Below, piece by piece: positions 9,532 through 18,061 of a stretch of DNA of 64,000 bases. Under the pieces are notes generated by a model that had not been told where the DNA came from, made no database searches, and worked only from the letters and a program-made list of their open reading frames with translations. Source of the stretch: Solirubrobacteraceae bacterium (GTDB lineage: Bacteria > Actinomycetota > Thermoleophilia > Solirubrobacterales > Solirubrobacteraceae); contig JAWVFR010000078.1 in the NCBI GenBank assembly GCA_033855845.1, forward strand, positions 10,013 through 74,012. Direction: 5' to 3'. The first letter of the stretch is position 1; each line of letters starts with the position of its first letter. The position numbers and the translations under genes are program-made.

Positions 9532-10473
9532 ATGCGCATCGGTCTCGTCGCGGTGCCCGGCTGCTTCGACTCCGGCCTCACCGCATTGCTGGACGTCTTC
9601 GCCACGGCGGAGCGCCTGCGCGCGACGGTCGATCCCTCCATCGATCCGCTCGAGGTCCACACGGTCGGCAGCGCGACGAGGGTCACCACCGGCGCGGGTC
9701 TGACCCTGGCCATGGATCGCGTCCTCGGCGACGACTCCGCGCTCGCCGGCCTCGACGTGCTCGTCGTGCCCGGCCTGGGCTCGGCGACTCCCGCGGCCCT
9801 GGCCCAGGCCCTCGCGTCCCCGCACGTCCGGCGCCTGCGCAACCGGCTCGCGGCGGCCGGCGACGACCTGGCGCTCGCGGCCGCCTGCACCGGGACGTTC
9901 GTGCTCGCCGACGCCGGCCGGCTCGACGGTCGCGCGGCGACGACGACCTGGTGGCTGGCCGGCGAGTTCCGGCGGCTCTACCCGAAGGTCCGGCTGGAGA
10001 TGTCGCGCATGGTCGTCCACAGCGGGTCGGTCACCACGGCCGGCGCGGCGTTCGCGCACATCGACCTCGGCATGAGCCTCGTCTCCCGGGCCAGCCCGCA
10101 GCTGGCCGACGCGGCGGCTCGCTACCTGCTCGTGGACCAGCGTCCCACCGTCAGCCTGGAAGCGGCCGTGGGGCACCTCGCCGCGGCGGACTCGCTGGTC
10201 ACCGAGTTCGAGGACTGGATCCGGGAGAACCTGGCCGGGGACCTGACGATCGACGACGCCGCCGCGGCCATCGGCACCACGCGCAGGACCCTGGAGCGTC
10301 ACTGCCGCACGCGGACCGGCCTCACTCCGCACGACCTGGTCCAGCGCCTGCGCGTCGAACGGGCCAACCACCTGCGCCGGACGACCGGCCTCGGCTACGA
10401 CCAGATCGCGCCGCTGGTCGGATACCGGCACGGCACGACGCTGCGGGCCCTGCTGCGCCGGGGCGCCGCCTAG
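9532..10473 (+). CDS. GlxA-family transcriptional regulator (DJ-1/PfpI domain + AraC HTH)
   Basis: ATG 9532 is in frame with ORF 8953-10473. N-terminal class-I glutamine-amidotransferase-like fold and C-terminal AraC-type HTH. Divergent from the MBL gene. Confidence 0.85.
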   Translation: MRIGLVAVPGCFDSGLTALLDVFATAERLRATVDPSIDPLEVHTVGSATRVTTGAGLTLAMDRVLGDDSALAGLDVLVVPGLGSATPAALAQALASPHVRRLRNRLAAAGDDLALAAACTGTFVLADAGRLDGRAATTTWWLAGEFRRLYPKVRLEMSRMVVHSGSVTTAGAAFAHIDLGMSLVSRASPQLADAAARYLLVDQRPTVSLEAAVGHLAAADSLVTEFEDWIRENLAGDLTIDDAAAAIGTTRRTLERHCRTRTGLTPHDLVQRLRVERANHLRRTTGLGYDQIAPLVGYRHGTTLRALLRRGAA

Positions 10474-10479
10474 CGGCGT

Positions 10480-12024
10480 CTAGCGGGGCGGGACCTGCTC
10501 GGTCTGGCGCACGACGCGCCAGGAGACCTGGACCGGGTCCAGGAACGACGGCGGCTCGCGGTAGCGCAGGCGGTCGTCGTAGTTGTAGGACTTCGTGTAG
10601 CCGGTGCCTCCGGAGCCGCCCGACGTTCCCACCGGGCCGCGGAACTTCTGCGCGATCGCCCCGGTGACGGTCAGGGTCCCCAGCCGGGCGCCGCAGTAGT
10701 AGTTGTCGACGATGAACGAGTGCTGAAGGGCGAGGATCGCGGCCTCCACGGTCACGTTCTGCATCGTCCCGGTCGAGTTCGAGCACGACTGGCCGTCGTT
10801 GCCGCTCACCGGGTGGTAGATCCGGACGAAGTTGTTGGCGATAAGGCCGACCAGCACGTCGCCGGACCGGGTGATGTCGCCGTTGACGATCACGTCGTTG
10901 TCGGCGGCGATGGTCACGCTGCGCGACGTGGAGCCGCGCACCCAGACGTCGCCGCACCCCGTGGGCGTCGTGTAGCTCTGCGCGATGTTGTAGCCGCTGG
11001 AGCCGCAGCTGCCGCTCTGCACGTAGATGATGCCGTTGGCCGGGATCGCCACCGTGGAGACGGCTCCCGTGGGGCCGGTGACGGTCATGTTCGCGCCGTT
11101 GAGGACGATCTTGGTCGTGCCGGTGAAGCGCGCGCCGGCCAGCGAGTTCAGCGTGGCGTTGGAGGGCGGCAGGGTCAGCGTGGGCGCCGACGTGGTCCAC
11201 GTCCCCACGAAGTTGGGCGTGACCGAGCCGCAGTTGGTGCGGTAGCCCGGGTCGGGGGCCGAGACCTCGACCACGTCCGCCCGTGAGCGTCCGAAGGTCG
11301 GCGCGCCGCAGGTCAGGATGTCGTCGTTGGTGTGGAAGGGCCCTGCGACCACGTCCTCGTTGGCGAACTGGATGCGCGAGCACGACGCGTTGCGTCCCTG
11401 CCGCCACCACTTCGCGCAGTTGGCGCTGGCCCAGGCGATGCTGCTGGAATCGCCGTAGGTGACCGGGTCGGCCGTCTCGAAGTCGGTGAAGTAGATGTAG
11501 TCGATGAACGAGCGGCGGCGGAAGGTGGCGATGATGCTGCGCTTGGACTTGCCCACTCGACCCGTGGTGCGGATCCGGACGGCGCCTGTGGCGTCGTCGA
11601 CCATCGAGGCCTGGGCCTGGGACTCCTGACATTGGGCGTACCCGTTGGCGGGCAGCAGCTCGGTCGTCCACTGCGCGGTGGTCCCCGACAGCGTGCGCCA
11701 GCTGCGCGGATCGGCTCCCGTGCCGTTCCACGGCTGGTTGACCGCGCTGGGCTCGCTCGCGTTGGGCGGCGGGACGTTCGTGCAGCGCGCCCAGTAGCCG
11801 TTGTCCTGGTTGAGGTGGTAGGTGTAGACGTTCAGGCCGGCCTCGGCGGCGGCGTAGGCGGCGCGGCGGTCCTGGTCGTTGCGGGCGAGCGAGATGTCGC
11901 CGTCGGACGCGGCGTAGGCGCCCGCGACCAGCAGGCCCCCGACCATCATCACGCCCATGACGGTGATCATCGCGAAGCCGCCGGACTCCCGGAGCCGGTC
12001 GCGCAGGCGGCGGATCACAGGCAT
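10480..12024 (-). CDS. PilX-like minor pilin / pilus tip protein (514 aa)
   Basis: N-terminus ESGGFAMITVMGVMMVGGLL plus AAYAAAEAGL, as in the PilX_N domain. Long Gly/Thr/Asn-rich C-terminal region. SD GGGAGG upstream. Confidence 0.7.
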   Translation of the reverse strand: MPVIRRLRDRLRESGGFAMITVMGVMMVGGLLVAGAYAASDGDISLARNDQDRRAAYAAAEAGLNVYTYHLNQDNGYWARCTNVPPPNASEPSAVNQPWNGTGADPRSWRTLSGTTAQWTTELLPANGYAQCQESQAQASMVDDATGAVRIRTTGRVGKSKRSIIATFRRRSFIDYIYFTDFETADPVTYGDSSSIAWASANCAKWWRQGRNASCSRIQFANEDVVAGPFHTNDDILTCGAPTFGRSRADVVEVSAPDPGYRTNCGSVTPNFVGTWTTSAPTLTLPPSNATLNSLAGARFTGTTKIVLNGANMTVTGPTGAVSTVAIPANGIIYVQSGSCGSSGYNIAQSYTTPTGCGDVWVRGSTSRSVTIAADNDVIVNGDITRSGDVLVGLIANNFVRIYHPVSGNDGQSCSNSTGTMQNVTVEAAILALQHSFIVDNYYCGARLGTLTVTGAIAQKFRGPVGTSGGSGGTGYTKSYNYDDRLRYREPPSFLDPVQVSWRVVRQTEQVPPR

Positions 12025-12689
12025 GACTGGCCTCCCGTCGGGTTCAGCGGATCGGCGCTGCGCACGTAGACGTCGTCCTGGAGCGTGGTGGAGTTGGTGT
12101 CGACCGTCGCGCGCTCCGGCCGCGCGGTGAAGGTCACCGCGATGCGCGCGGTGCGCCCGAGGTCGGTGCTGGACAGCGGTACCGGCAGCGCGACGTTGGC
12201 CCCGCGACCGCCCGAGGCGTCCAGGGCGTAGTAGCTGAAGACAGGCGTGGTGCCGGCCTGGCCGGCGTTGGTCAGCAGCGTGCGCGCCGTGCTCGGGGAG
12301 GAGGGGAAGGTGTAGTTGGGGAACGTCCCGGCGCCCGGGTAGACGGACTCGTCCAGCGTGCGCGTGGAGGACGAGTAGACGATCGAGCGACGCTCGGGCG
12401 GGCTGTTGCCTCCGCTGAGGTCGACCAGCAGCGTCACGCCGTTGGCGTCGCCCGCGGTCAGCGAGGCGCGACTGGCGCCGATGCAGACCTGCGAGCGCAG
12501 CGTGCGCACCACGCTCTCCATGGCCAGGCGGCCACGCTGGGAGGCGTCCGAGCGCTCGGCGGCCTCCCGGTTGGCGGTGAAGGCCCGGTCCAGGACGGCG
12601 AAGGCGGCCAACAGCAGGATGACGCCGATGAACATGCCGATGAGCAGCTCGGGCAGGGTCATGCCGTCCTGTCCGCGCAGCCTCGTCAT
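12015..12689 (-). CDS. prepilin-type minor pilin, PilW-like
   Basis: Class III signal MTRLRGQDG|MTLPELLIGMFIG with Glu at +5. Its start overlaps the upstream stop (ATGA at 12686-12689). Confidence 0.75.
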   Translation of the reverse strand: MTRLRGQDGMTLPELLIGMFIGVILLLAAFAVLDRAFTANREAAERSDASQRGRLAMESVVRTLRSQVCIGASRASLTAGDANGVTLLVDLSGGNSPPERRSIVYSSSTRTLDESVYPGAGTFPNYTFPSSPSTARTLLTNAGQAGTTPVFSYYALDASGGRGANVALPVPLSSTDLGRTARIAVTFTARPERATVDTNSTTLQDDVYVRSADPLNPTGGQSCL

Positions 12690-13999
12690 GCGCAGACTCC
12701 GCTCGTGGAGAGCGTCAGGGTGGTCGTCGCCGTGCCCGCGGCGGTGAAGTTGTTCACGGTGGCGAACGCTCGCCTGTTGTTGCCGTCGGCGCAGATGAAG
12801 TAGCGGCCGAAGGGATAGCCAGGGCTGGGCAGGGCGCCCGAGGCGTTGGTCAGCTGGGTCGGGTACGTGGATCCACACCCGCTGTCCAGCGGCGTGACGA
12901 AGACGCGCGCGTTCTGGAGCAGCACGCCGGAGCTGTTCTTGACCGCGAGGTTGACCGCCGGGACGCGCACCGTGACGTTGAAGGTGCCGCCGGGGGTGAC
13001 GGCCACCAGGCCCGCGTTGGCCGTGTAGTAGTTGGCGTCGTAGGTCGTCGGGTCGTTCGCGGCGCAGTCGCCGGCGAAGGTCCCATAGCCCCCCGTGAAC
13101 GGGTAGAGCGTCGCGAAGGAGATCGTGTTCGACGACGCCGGCCACGAGGACAGCGTGGTCGACTTGCGCCCGGGGGAGGGGAGGTTGGGGTTGGCCACGC
13201 TGGCCGCGCGCGCGGCGGCGGGCACCGGGTCGGCGCTGAGAACCTTGGTGGCGAAGCTGACGTTGATCGTGCTGGGTACCTCGAGCTCGATCGTGTCCAG
13301 CGTGGTGGCTCCGTCGACCACGTCGACGGAGTCGCTGATGTTCGAGCTCCCGGAGCGGTCGACGAGCCCCGTCGCGGCCACCGTGACCGTGTGCGTGGCG
13401 GCCGGGACCATGGGGAACACGGCGCAGCCGGCCTCGTTGGTGGTGTCCGACAGCGCCGTGGAGGGACCGGTGAGGTTGACGGTGAGCCCGGGGCGTGGAT
13501 TGCCCGCACGGTCGGTCACCAGGACGGCGAGCGTTCCCTGGCCCGGGGCGAAGGCGCCGTTGGGCGGGGTGAGCAGGCTGGTCGAGGTCACGGGGGATCC
13601 CGTCCGCCCGTCCACCGGGGTCACGGTGGACACGAGCTTGAGGTAGCTGGCCGCGCTGGAGTCGTTGGTGCAGCTGATCGTGCCGCTGCTGTCGCGCAGC
13701 CACTGCGTGCTCGAGGTGACCGTGTAGGGGACGCCGCCGACCGTCACGGTGCGCGTCTCGCGGAAGTTGGAGAGCGCGGTCGCCTTGAAGGAGCGCATGC
13801 GCTCCTGGTCCTGCTCGGCCAGGGTGGCCGCGATCGAGCGCACGCGGTTCTTGGTGGCCGTCTTGACGGCGCCCTCGACGCCGCTGAACACGGCGGTGCT
13901 GACCGCAGCGAGCGCGAGCGCCGCGAACATGACCTCGATGAGGATCCCGCCGCGCTGGCTGCGCAGCGACGGGCGCCGGATACGGGAGAAGGGACGCAT
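12686..13999 (-). CDS. large minor pilin, PilV-like, with CarboxypepD_reg-like Ig domains (437 aa)
   Basis: N-terminus SQRG|GILIEVMFAALALAAV (Glu +5) plus SIAATLAEQ. Internal LAVLVTDRAGNPRPGLTVNLTG...TNEAGCAVF resembles a carboxypeptidase-regulatory fold. Confidence 0.65.
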   Translation of the reverse strand: MRPFSRIRRPSLRSQRGGILIEVMFAALALAAVSTAVFSGVEGAVKTATKNRVRSIAATLAEQDQERMRSFKATALSNFRETRTVTVGGVPYTVTSSTQWLRDSSGTISCTNDSSAASYLKLVSTVTPVDGRTGSPVTSTSLLTPPNGAFAPGQGTLAVLVTDRAGNPRPGLTVNLTGPSTALSDTTNEAGCAVFPMVPAATHTVTVAATGLVDRSGSSNISDSVDVVDGATTLDTIELEVPSTINVSFATKVLSADPVPAAARAASVANPNLPSPGRKSTTLSSWPASSNTISFATLYPFTGGYGTFAGDCAANDPTTYDANYYTANAGLVAVTPGGTFNVTVRVPAVNLAVKNSSGVLLQNARVFVTPLDSGCGSTYPTQLTNASGALPSPGYPFGRYFICADGNNRRAFATVNNFTAAGTATTTLTLSTSGVCA

Positions 14000-14134
14000 G
14001 ACCTCGCGTGCGTATCGGCAGCCGTGCCTGGTTTCCTTGAGCGCGGCACGCCCGTGGGCGTCGGGAACTGGACGCCTGTTGGGCTGGACGGATGGGCTCT
14101 CAGAGAAGTCGCCGCATCTGCCGATGGGTCGCCC

Positions 14135-16843
14135 ATGTCACCGGGTGCCCGCCTCCGACTCGTCGTGCTGGCCGCCGCCGCCGTGGCGGCGCTGGCCGCC
14201 GCGCCCGCGGCCCAGGCCGACGTCCTGGTGAGCCACGTCGGGTCCACACTCACCGAGACCACCGGCAACGGGGACGGGCTGGTCGCCCCGGGCGAGGGCT
14301 TCGCCCTGACCGAGCGCATCGCGAACTCGGACTCGCTCGTGCCCTCGATGACCGGCGTGACGGGCACGCTCGCGTACGACCCCGGGACCACGGCCCAGGC
14401 CGGCCCCCCGCTGGTCAGCCTCGCCAACGTCTTCTCCAACTACCCGAACCTGGCCTTCGGCGCCCAGGGCGACAACCAGGCCTCCTACACCGGGACGCTC
14501 GCCAGCGCGGCGGAATGCGGGGTCAACCTGCCCTTCGTCCTGTCGGTCGCCAGCGACCAGGGACCGTCCACCGTCCCGTTCCAGGTCCGGACGGGCCTGG
14601 CCGGTCCGAGCGTGGCGTGGGACAGCGTCGACGTGCCCCACGCGATCCCCGACGGCGCCGCGACGCAGTCGAGCCTGGCTGTGTCGGCGGCCGGGCGCGT
14701 CAAGGACGTCCGGGTCCGCATTGGCTCGATCCCGCATACGCGCACGGGAGACGTGAAGATCGAGCTGGTCTCACCCAGCGGGGCCTCGGTCGTGCTGGTG
14801 AACGCGGAGGGCGGCAACGGCCAGGACTTCTCCAACACGACCTTCTCGGACTCCGCGGCCCAGACCATCGTCGGCGCCGCCGCGCCCTTCACCGGCACCT
14901 ACCGCCCCTTGGAGCCGCTGTCCAAGATGATCGGCCGCTCCCAGCAGGGCACGTGGTACCTGCGGGTCACCGATCAGGCGGCCGGCAACACCGGTCAGAT
15001 CGCCGCGTGGGGGGTGGACGTCCGCACCGCCGTTTGCAACGCCAACCCGATCGCCTCCTTCACCGCTACGCCCAACCCGGCCCTGCCGGGGCAGGCCATC
15101 GCGCTGGACGCCTCGGGCTCCGTCTCGCCGACCGGCACGATCGCCAAGTACGAGTGGGACGTGAACAACACCGGAACCTTCGTGGACCGGGGCACGGTCC
15201 CGACCCACTCGGCCACCTTCCCCACGCGCGGCAGCTATCCGGTCACGCTGCGGGTCACCGACGGCCTCGGCCGTCAGAGCACGAGCGTCGTGAACCTCAG
15301 CGTCACCGTGCCGCCGACCGCGGCGATGACCTCATCGCCGGCGTCGCCCCTCACCGCGGAGGACGTCACGCTGGACGCCTCGGGCTCCACCGACCCCGAC
15401 GGGCTCCCGATTGCCAAGTACGAGTGGGACCTGACCGGGACCGGCACGTTCACGCGCGACACGGGAACCACGCCCACGACGACGGTCCAGTTCGCCACTC
15501 CCGGCACCAAGACCGTGCGCGTGCGCGTGACCGACGTCGACGGCGCGACCGCGGTCGCGTCTCGCGACATCGTGGTGGCCAACCGTCCGCCGGTCGCCGC
15601 CCTGGCCGTGCCCACGCCCGCGGTGGTCGGGGTCCTGGCCACGTTCGACGCCGGAGCCTCCACGGACCCCGACGGGGCGATCGTGCGCTACGAGTGGGAC
15701 CTGGACGGCTCCGGCACCTACGCGACCGACACCGGCAACGTCTCCACCCTTCCGCACACCTTCAACGCGTCCGGCACGTACCCGATCGGCGTGCGGGTCA
15801 CCGACGACCAGGGCGTCGTGTCGACGATCGTGCAGCAGGTGGTCGCCACCCGCGCCCCGGTGCCCAGCTTCACCGCCTCGGCCAACCCGACGTCGCTCCA
15901 CCGGCCCGTCAGCTTCGACGCGACCGCCTCCGCCGATCCCGACGGCACCATCGCCCGCCACGAGTGGGACCTGGACGGCAACGGGACCTTCGAGACCGAC
16001 ACCGGCTCCAGCCCGCTGGCATCGCATGTCTACGACCAGAACGGGACCTACGCGGTCAAGCTGCGGGTGACGGACGACAAGGGCGCGCAGGCGCAGCACA
16101 CGGTCAACCTCGTGGCCGCCAACCTCGCTCCGACGCCCGCGCTCAGCGTCAATCCCGGGCGGGTGCCGGCGGGCCAGCCCGTCACCCTCGACGCCGGCGG
16201 CTCCAGCGACCCCGACGGCACGATCGTCAAGTACGAGTGGGACCTGGACGGCAACGGCACCTTCGAGAAGTCGACCGGCGCGACGTCCTCGCTCACACGG
16301 TCATATCCCAATCCCGGCGGCTTCACCGTCGGGGTGCGCATCACCGACAACGACGGTGCGACCCGCACGACCACGCAGTCGCTGACGGTCCTCGACGCGC
16401 CGGCCGGGGGCCCCGGCAGCGGGCCCGGCGGCTCGGACCCCGGCTCGGGCGGCTCCGGCGACCCGGGCGGCTTCCCGAGCGTTGCCACCGGGCCCCTCCG
16501 CGCCACGCTGAGCGGCAGCCCGCTGCAGCGGATCGCCGCCGTCACGCTGCGCGGACTGGCCGTGGGCTGCCAGGCCGACCGGGTCGCGACATGCGCCCTG
16601 GTGCTCGAGCTGCGGGCCGCGGATGCCCGCCGCCTGGGCCTGCGCACCGCGCGCACCATCGTCCTGGGCCGCGCCACGCTCTCCGTCCGCTCGGCCGGCA
16701 TCCGGACCGGGCGCGTGCGTCTCACCGCCTACGGCCGCTACGTCCTGCGGCGCGCACCGAAGGTGCTCGTGGTCATGCGCGCCACCGTGCGCGCCAGCGC
16801 GCTCTCGGTGCGCCTCTCGCGGACCTTCCTGCTGCGCCGCTAG
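14135..16843 (+). CDS. secreted proprotein-convertase P-domain + 5x PKD-domain protein (902 aa), candidate adhesin
   Basis: ATG 14135 is in frame with ORF 13391-16843. Signal peptide ends ...AAQA|DV. P-domain motifs: PHTRTGDVKIELVSPSG..GTWYLRVTD..G.IAAWGVDV. Five PKD repeats (YEWDLDGNGTFE), a G/S/P linker and an Arg-rich C-terminal domain. Confidence 0.8.
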   Translation: MSPGARLRLVVLAAAAVAALAAAPAAQADVLVSHVGSTLTETTGNGDGLVAPGEGFALTERIANSDSLVPSMTGVTGTLAYDPGTTAQAGPPLVSLANVFSNYPNLAFGAQGDNQASYTGTLASAAECGVNLPFVLSVASDQGPSTVPFQVRTGLAGPSVAWDSVDVPHAIPDGAATQSSLAVSAAGRVKDVRVRIGSIPHTRTGDVKIELVSPSGASVVLVNAEGGNGQDFSNTTFSDSAAQTIVGAAAPFTGTYRPLEPLSKMIGRSQQGTWYLRVTDQAAGNTGQIAAWGVDVRTAVCNANPIASFTATPNPALPGQAIALDASGSVSPTGTIAKYEWDVNNTGTFVDRGTVPTHSATFPTRGSYPVTLRVTDGLGRQSTSVVNLSVTVPPTAAMTSSPASPLTAEDVTLDASGSTDPDGLPIAKYEWDLTGTGTFTRDTGTTPTTTVQFATPGTKTVRVRVTDVDGATAVASRDIVVANRPPVAALAVPTPAVVGVLATFDAGASTDPDGAIVRYEWDLDGSGTYATDTGNVSTLPHTFNASGTYPIGVRVTDDQGVVSTIVQQVVATRAPVPSFTASANPTSLHRPVSFDATASADPDGTIARHEWDLDGNGTFETDTGSSPLASHVYDQNGTYAVKLRVTDDKGAQAQHTVNLVAANLAPTPALSVNPGRVPAGQPVTLDAGGSSDPDGTIVKYEWDLDGNGTFEKSTGATSSLTRSYPNPGGFTVGVRITDNDGATRTTTQSLTVLDAPAGGPGSGPGGSDPGSGGSGDPGGFPSVATGPLRATLSGSPLQRIAAVTLRGLAVGCQADRVATCALVLELRAADARRLGLRTARTIVLGRATLSVRSAGIRTGRVRLTAYGRYVLRRAPKVLVVMRATVRASALSVRLSRTFLLRR
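15038..16396 (+). repeat. five tandem PKD-domain coding repeats (270/273-nt period)
   Basis: The (T/C)ACGAGTGGGAC (Y/H-E-W-D) codons recur at 15149, 15419, 15689, 15959 and 16232. Confidence 0.85.
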
Positions 16844-17262
16844 AGCGGCGGCGCGTCGACCACGAGCCGCCCGATCACGCGGCCGGTGCCGCGCAGGCGG
16901 ATCGGGAACGTCCCGCCCCGCAGGGCGAAGAACTCGAACCGGGCCGGGGAGAACCGGTCCACGGGCTCGAACCGGCCCAGCCCCACGAGCTCCACCTCGT
17001 CGGGGCTCGGGGACTTCACCTGCAGGCGCAGGAGCGCTCCACGGCGCACGCGCACCACCGCGGGCCGGCGGGCGGCCGAGTCGATCGTGAACGCGGCTAC
17101 GGCGGCTCCGGGGACGGTCCCACCGGTCGCCCGGGGCGTGGTGGCGGTCGACGTGGTGGGGGCGTTGGTCATGCGGCCGCGGTCGCGCGGGGTCAGCGCG
17201 GCCGCCATCGCACCGGTGGCCAGCAGGACGGCAGCGAGGATCAGGAGCCGGCGACCGAGCAC
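16840..17262 (-). CDS. membrane-anchored hypothetical protein (possible ligand-less cupredoxin-like fold)
   Basis: 140 aa with an N-terminal TM/signal (LLILAAVLLATGAMAAAL), a Thr/Pro linker and a beta-rich C-terminus. GTG start. Its stop shares the CTAG with the convergent gene. Confidence 0.5.
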   Translation of the reverse strand: MLGRRLLILAAVLLATGAMAAALTPRDRGRMTNAPTTSTATTPRATGGTVPGAAVAAFTIDSAARRPAVVRVRRGALLRLQVKSPSPDEVELVGLGRFEPVDRFSPARFEFFALRGGTFPIRLRGTGRVIGRLVVDAPPL

Positions 17263-17382
17263 TCCTACAGCCTAGATGTCAGCCCTCCATGGACGAACGT
17301 CCGATGCGTGCAGGGGGATTTTGCGTCCAATCCCGTCAAGTTCTCCGCTACGGGTGCCGATTAGGTTGTCAGCCAGAGCCAA

Positions 17383-17460
17383 GGTGCCAAGGGCAAACCG
17401 TCCGCGAGGGCGGGACGCAAAGCCACGGTCCTCCCACCAAGAGGAAGCCGGGCTGCCACC
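17383..17460 (+). promoter_or_regulatory. c-di-GMP-I (GEMM) riboswitch-like aptamer in the pilin leader
   Basis: GGUGCCAAGGGCAAACC-GUCC-GCGA-GGGC-GGGACGCAAAGCC-ACGG-UCCUC-ccaccaa-GAGGA-AGCCGGGCUGCCACC. This shows the GGCAAACC and GGGACGCAAAGCC cores, a GNRA-capped stem, a second hairpin and a GGUG/CACC closing helix. It ends 92 nt before the pilin ATG. Confidence 0.75.
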
Positions 17461-17552
17461 AGGGTTCGTCGCAAGATCTCCGGCGGCATGGAGACCTGGG
17501 TCTGGTCATGAAGTTCCAGGCCAACTCTGGGTCCATCCAAAGGAGGATTCAA

Positions 17553-17969
17553 ATGCTGCATAAGCTCCGTAAGCGCATCGAGGACGAGAAGGGCTTCACC
17601 CTGATCGAGCTCCTCGTCGTCATTCTGATCATCGGCATCCTCGCCGCGATCGCCCTGCCGACCTTCCTTGGCCAGCGTGCCAAGGGCCAGGACTCCTCGG
17701 CCAAGTCGAACGCACGCAACATGGTGTCCCAGGTGGAGTCGTGCTACGCGACGACCCAGGACTACACCAAGTGCAATGTCGGTGACACGGCGATGGATAC
17801 CGGCGGGATCAGCAACACCACCGTGGCGCCCAACGCGACCGGTTACGTCGTGACTGCCACGTCGGACTCCAACAACACGTTCACGATCACGAAGTCGACG
17901 GCGGGCTTCGCTCGCACGTGCTCCTCCGCCGGCAATGCCAAGGGCGGCTGCAACGGCTCCAGCTGGTAG
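17553..17969 (+). CDS. pilA: major type IVa pilin
   Basis: SD AGGAGGA at 17541-17547 precedes ATG 17553. Sequence MLHKLRKRIEDEKG|FTLIELLVVILIIGILAAIALP is a classic prepilin cleavage/methylation site. Has two Cys pairs. 138 aa. Confidence 0.9.
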   Translation: MLHKLRKRIEDEKGFTLIELLVVILIIGILAAIALPTFLGQRAKGQDSSAKSNARNMVSQVESCYATTQDYTKCNVGDTAMDTGGISNTTVAPNATGYVVTATSDSNNTFTITKSTAGFARTCSSAGNAKGGCNGSSW

Positions 17970-17992
17970 CCGTACGCATCACGCAAATGTCG

Positions 17993-18024
17993 ACGGGGCG
18001 GGCCTTCGGGCCCGCCCCGTTCGC
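17993..18024 (+). terminator. intrinsic terminator after pilA
   Basis: 12-bp stem ACGGGGCGGGCC-ttcg-GGCCCGCCCCGT followed by TCGCGTTCT. Confidence 0.6.
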
Positions 18025-18061
18025 GTTCTGCGGCCGGTTCACCTTCTAGGCTCCTCGCGCC

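Noticed and set aside
17263-17382. Sigma-54 (GG-N10-GC) promoter upstream of pilA, as found in many proteobacterial pilin genes.
   Set aside because: No TGGCAC-N5-TTGC-like match with correct spacing was found. GGGGGATTTTGC at about 17309-17320 has the wrong spacing. I could not place a -35/-10 pair with confidence either.
17289-17552. N-terminal extension of the pilin ORF (the track gives 17289-17969, 226 aa).
   Set aside because: The extension covers the riboswitch-like element and lower-GC non-coding-looking sequence. The SD AGGAGGA and the canonical prepilin leader begin at ATG 17553.
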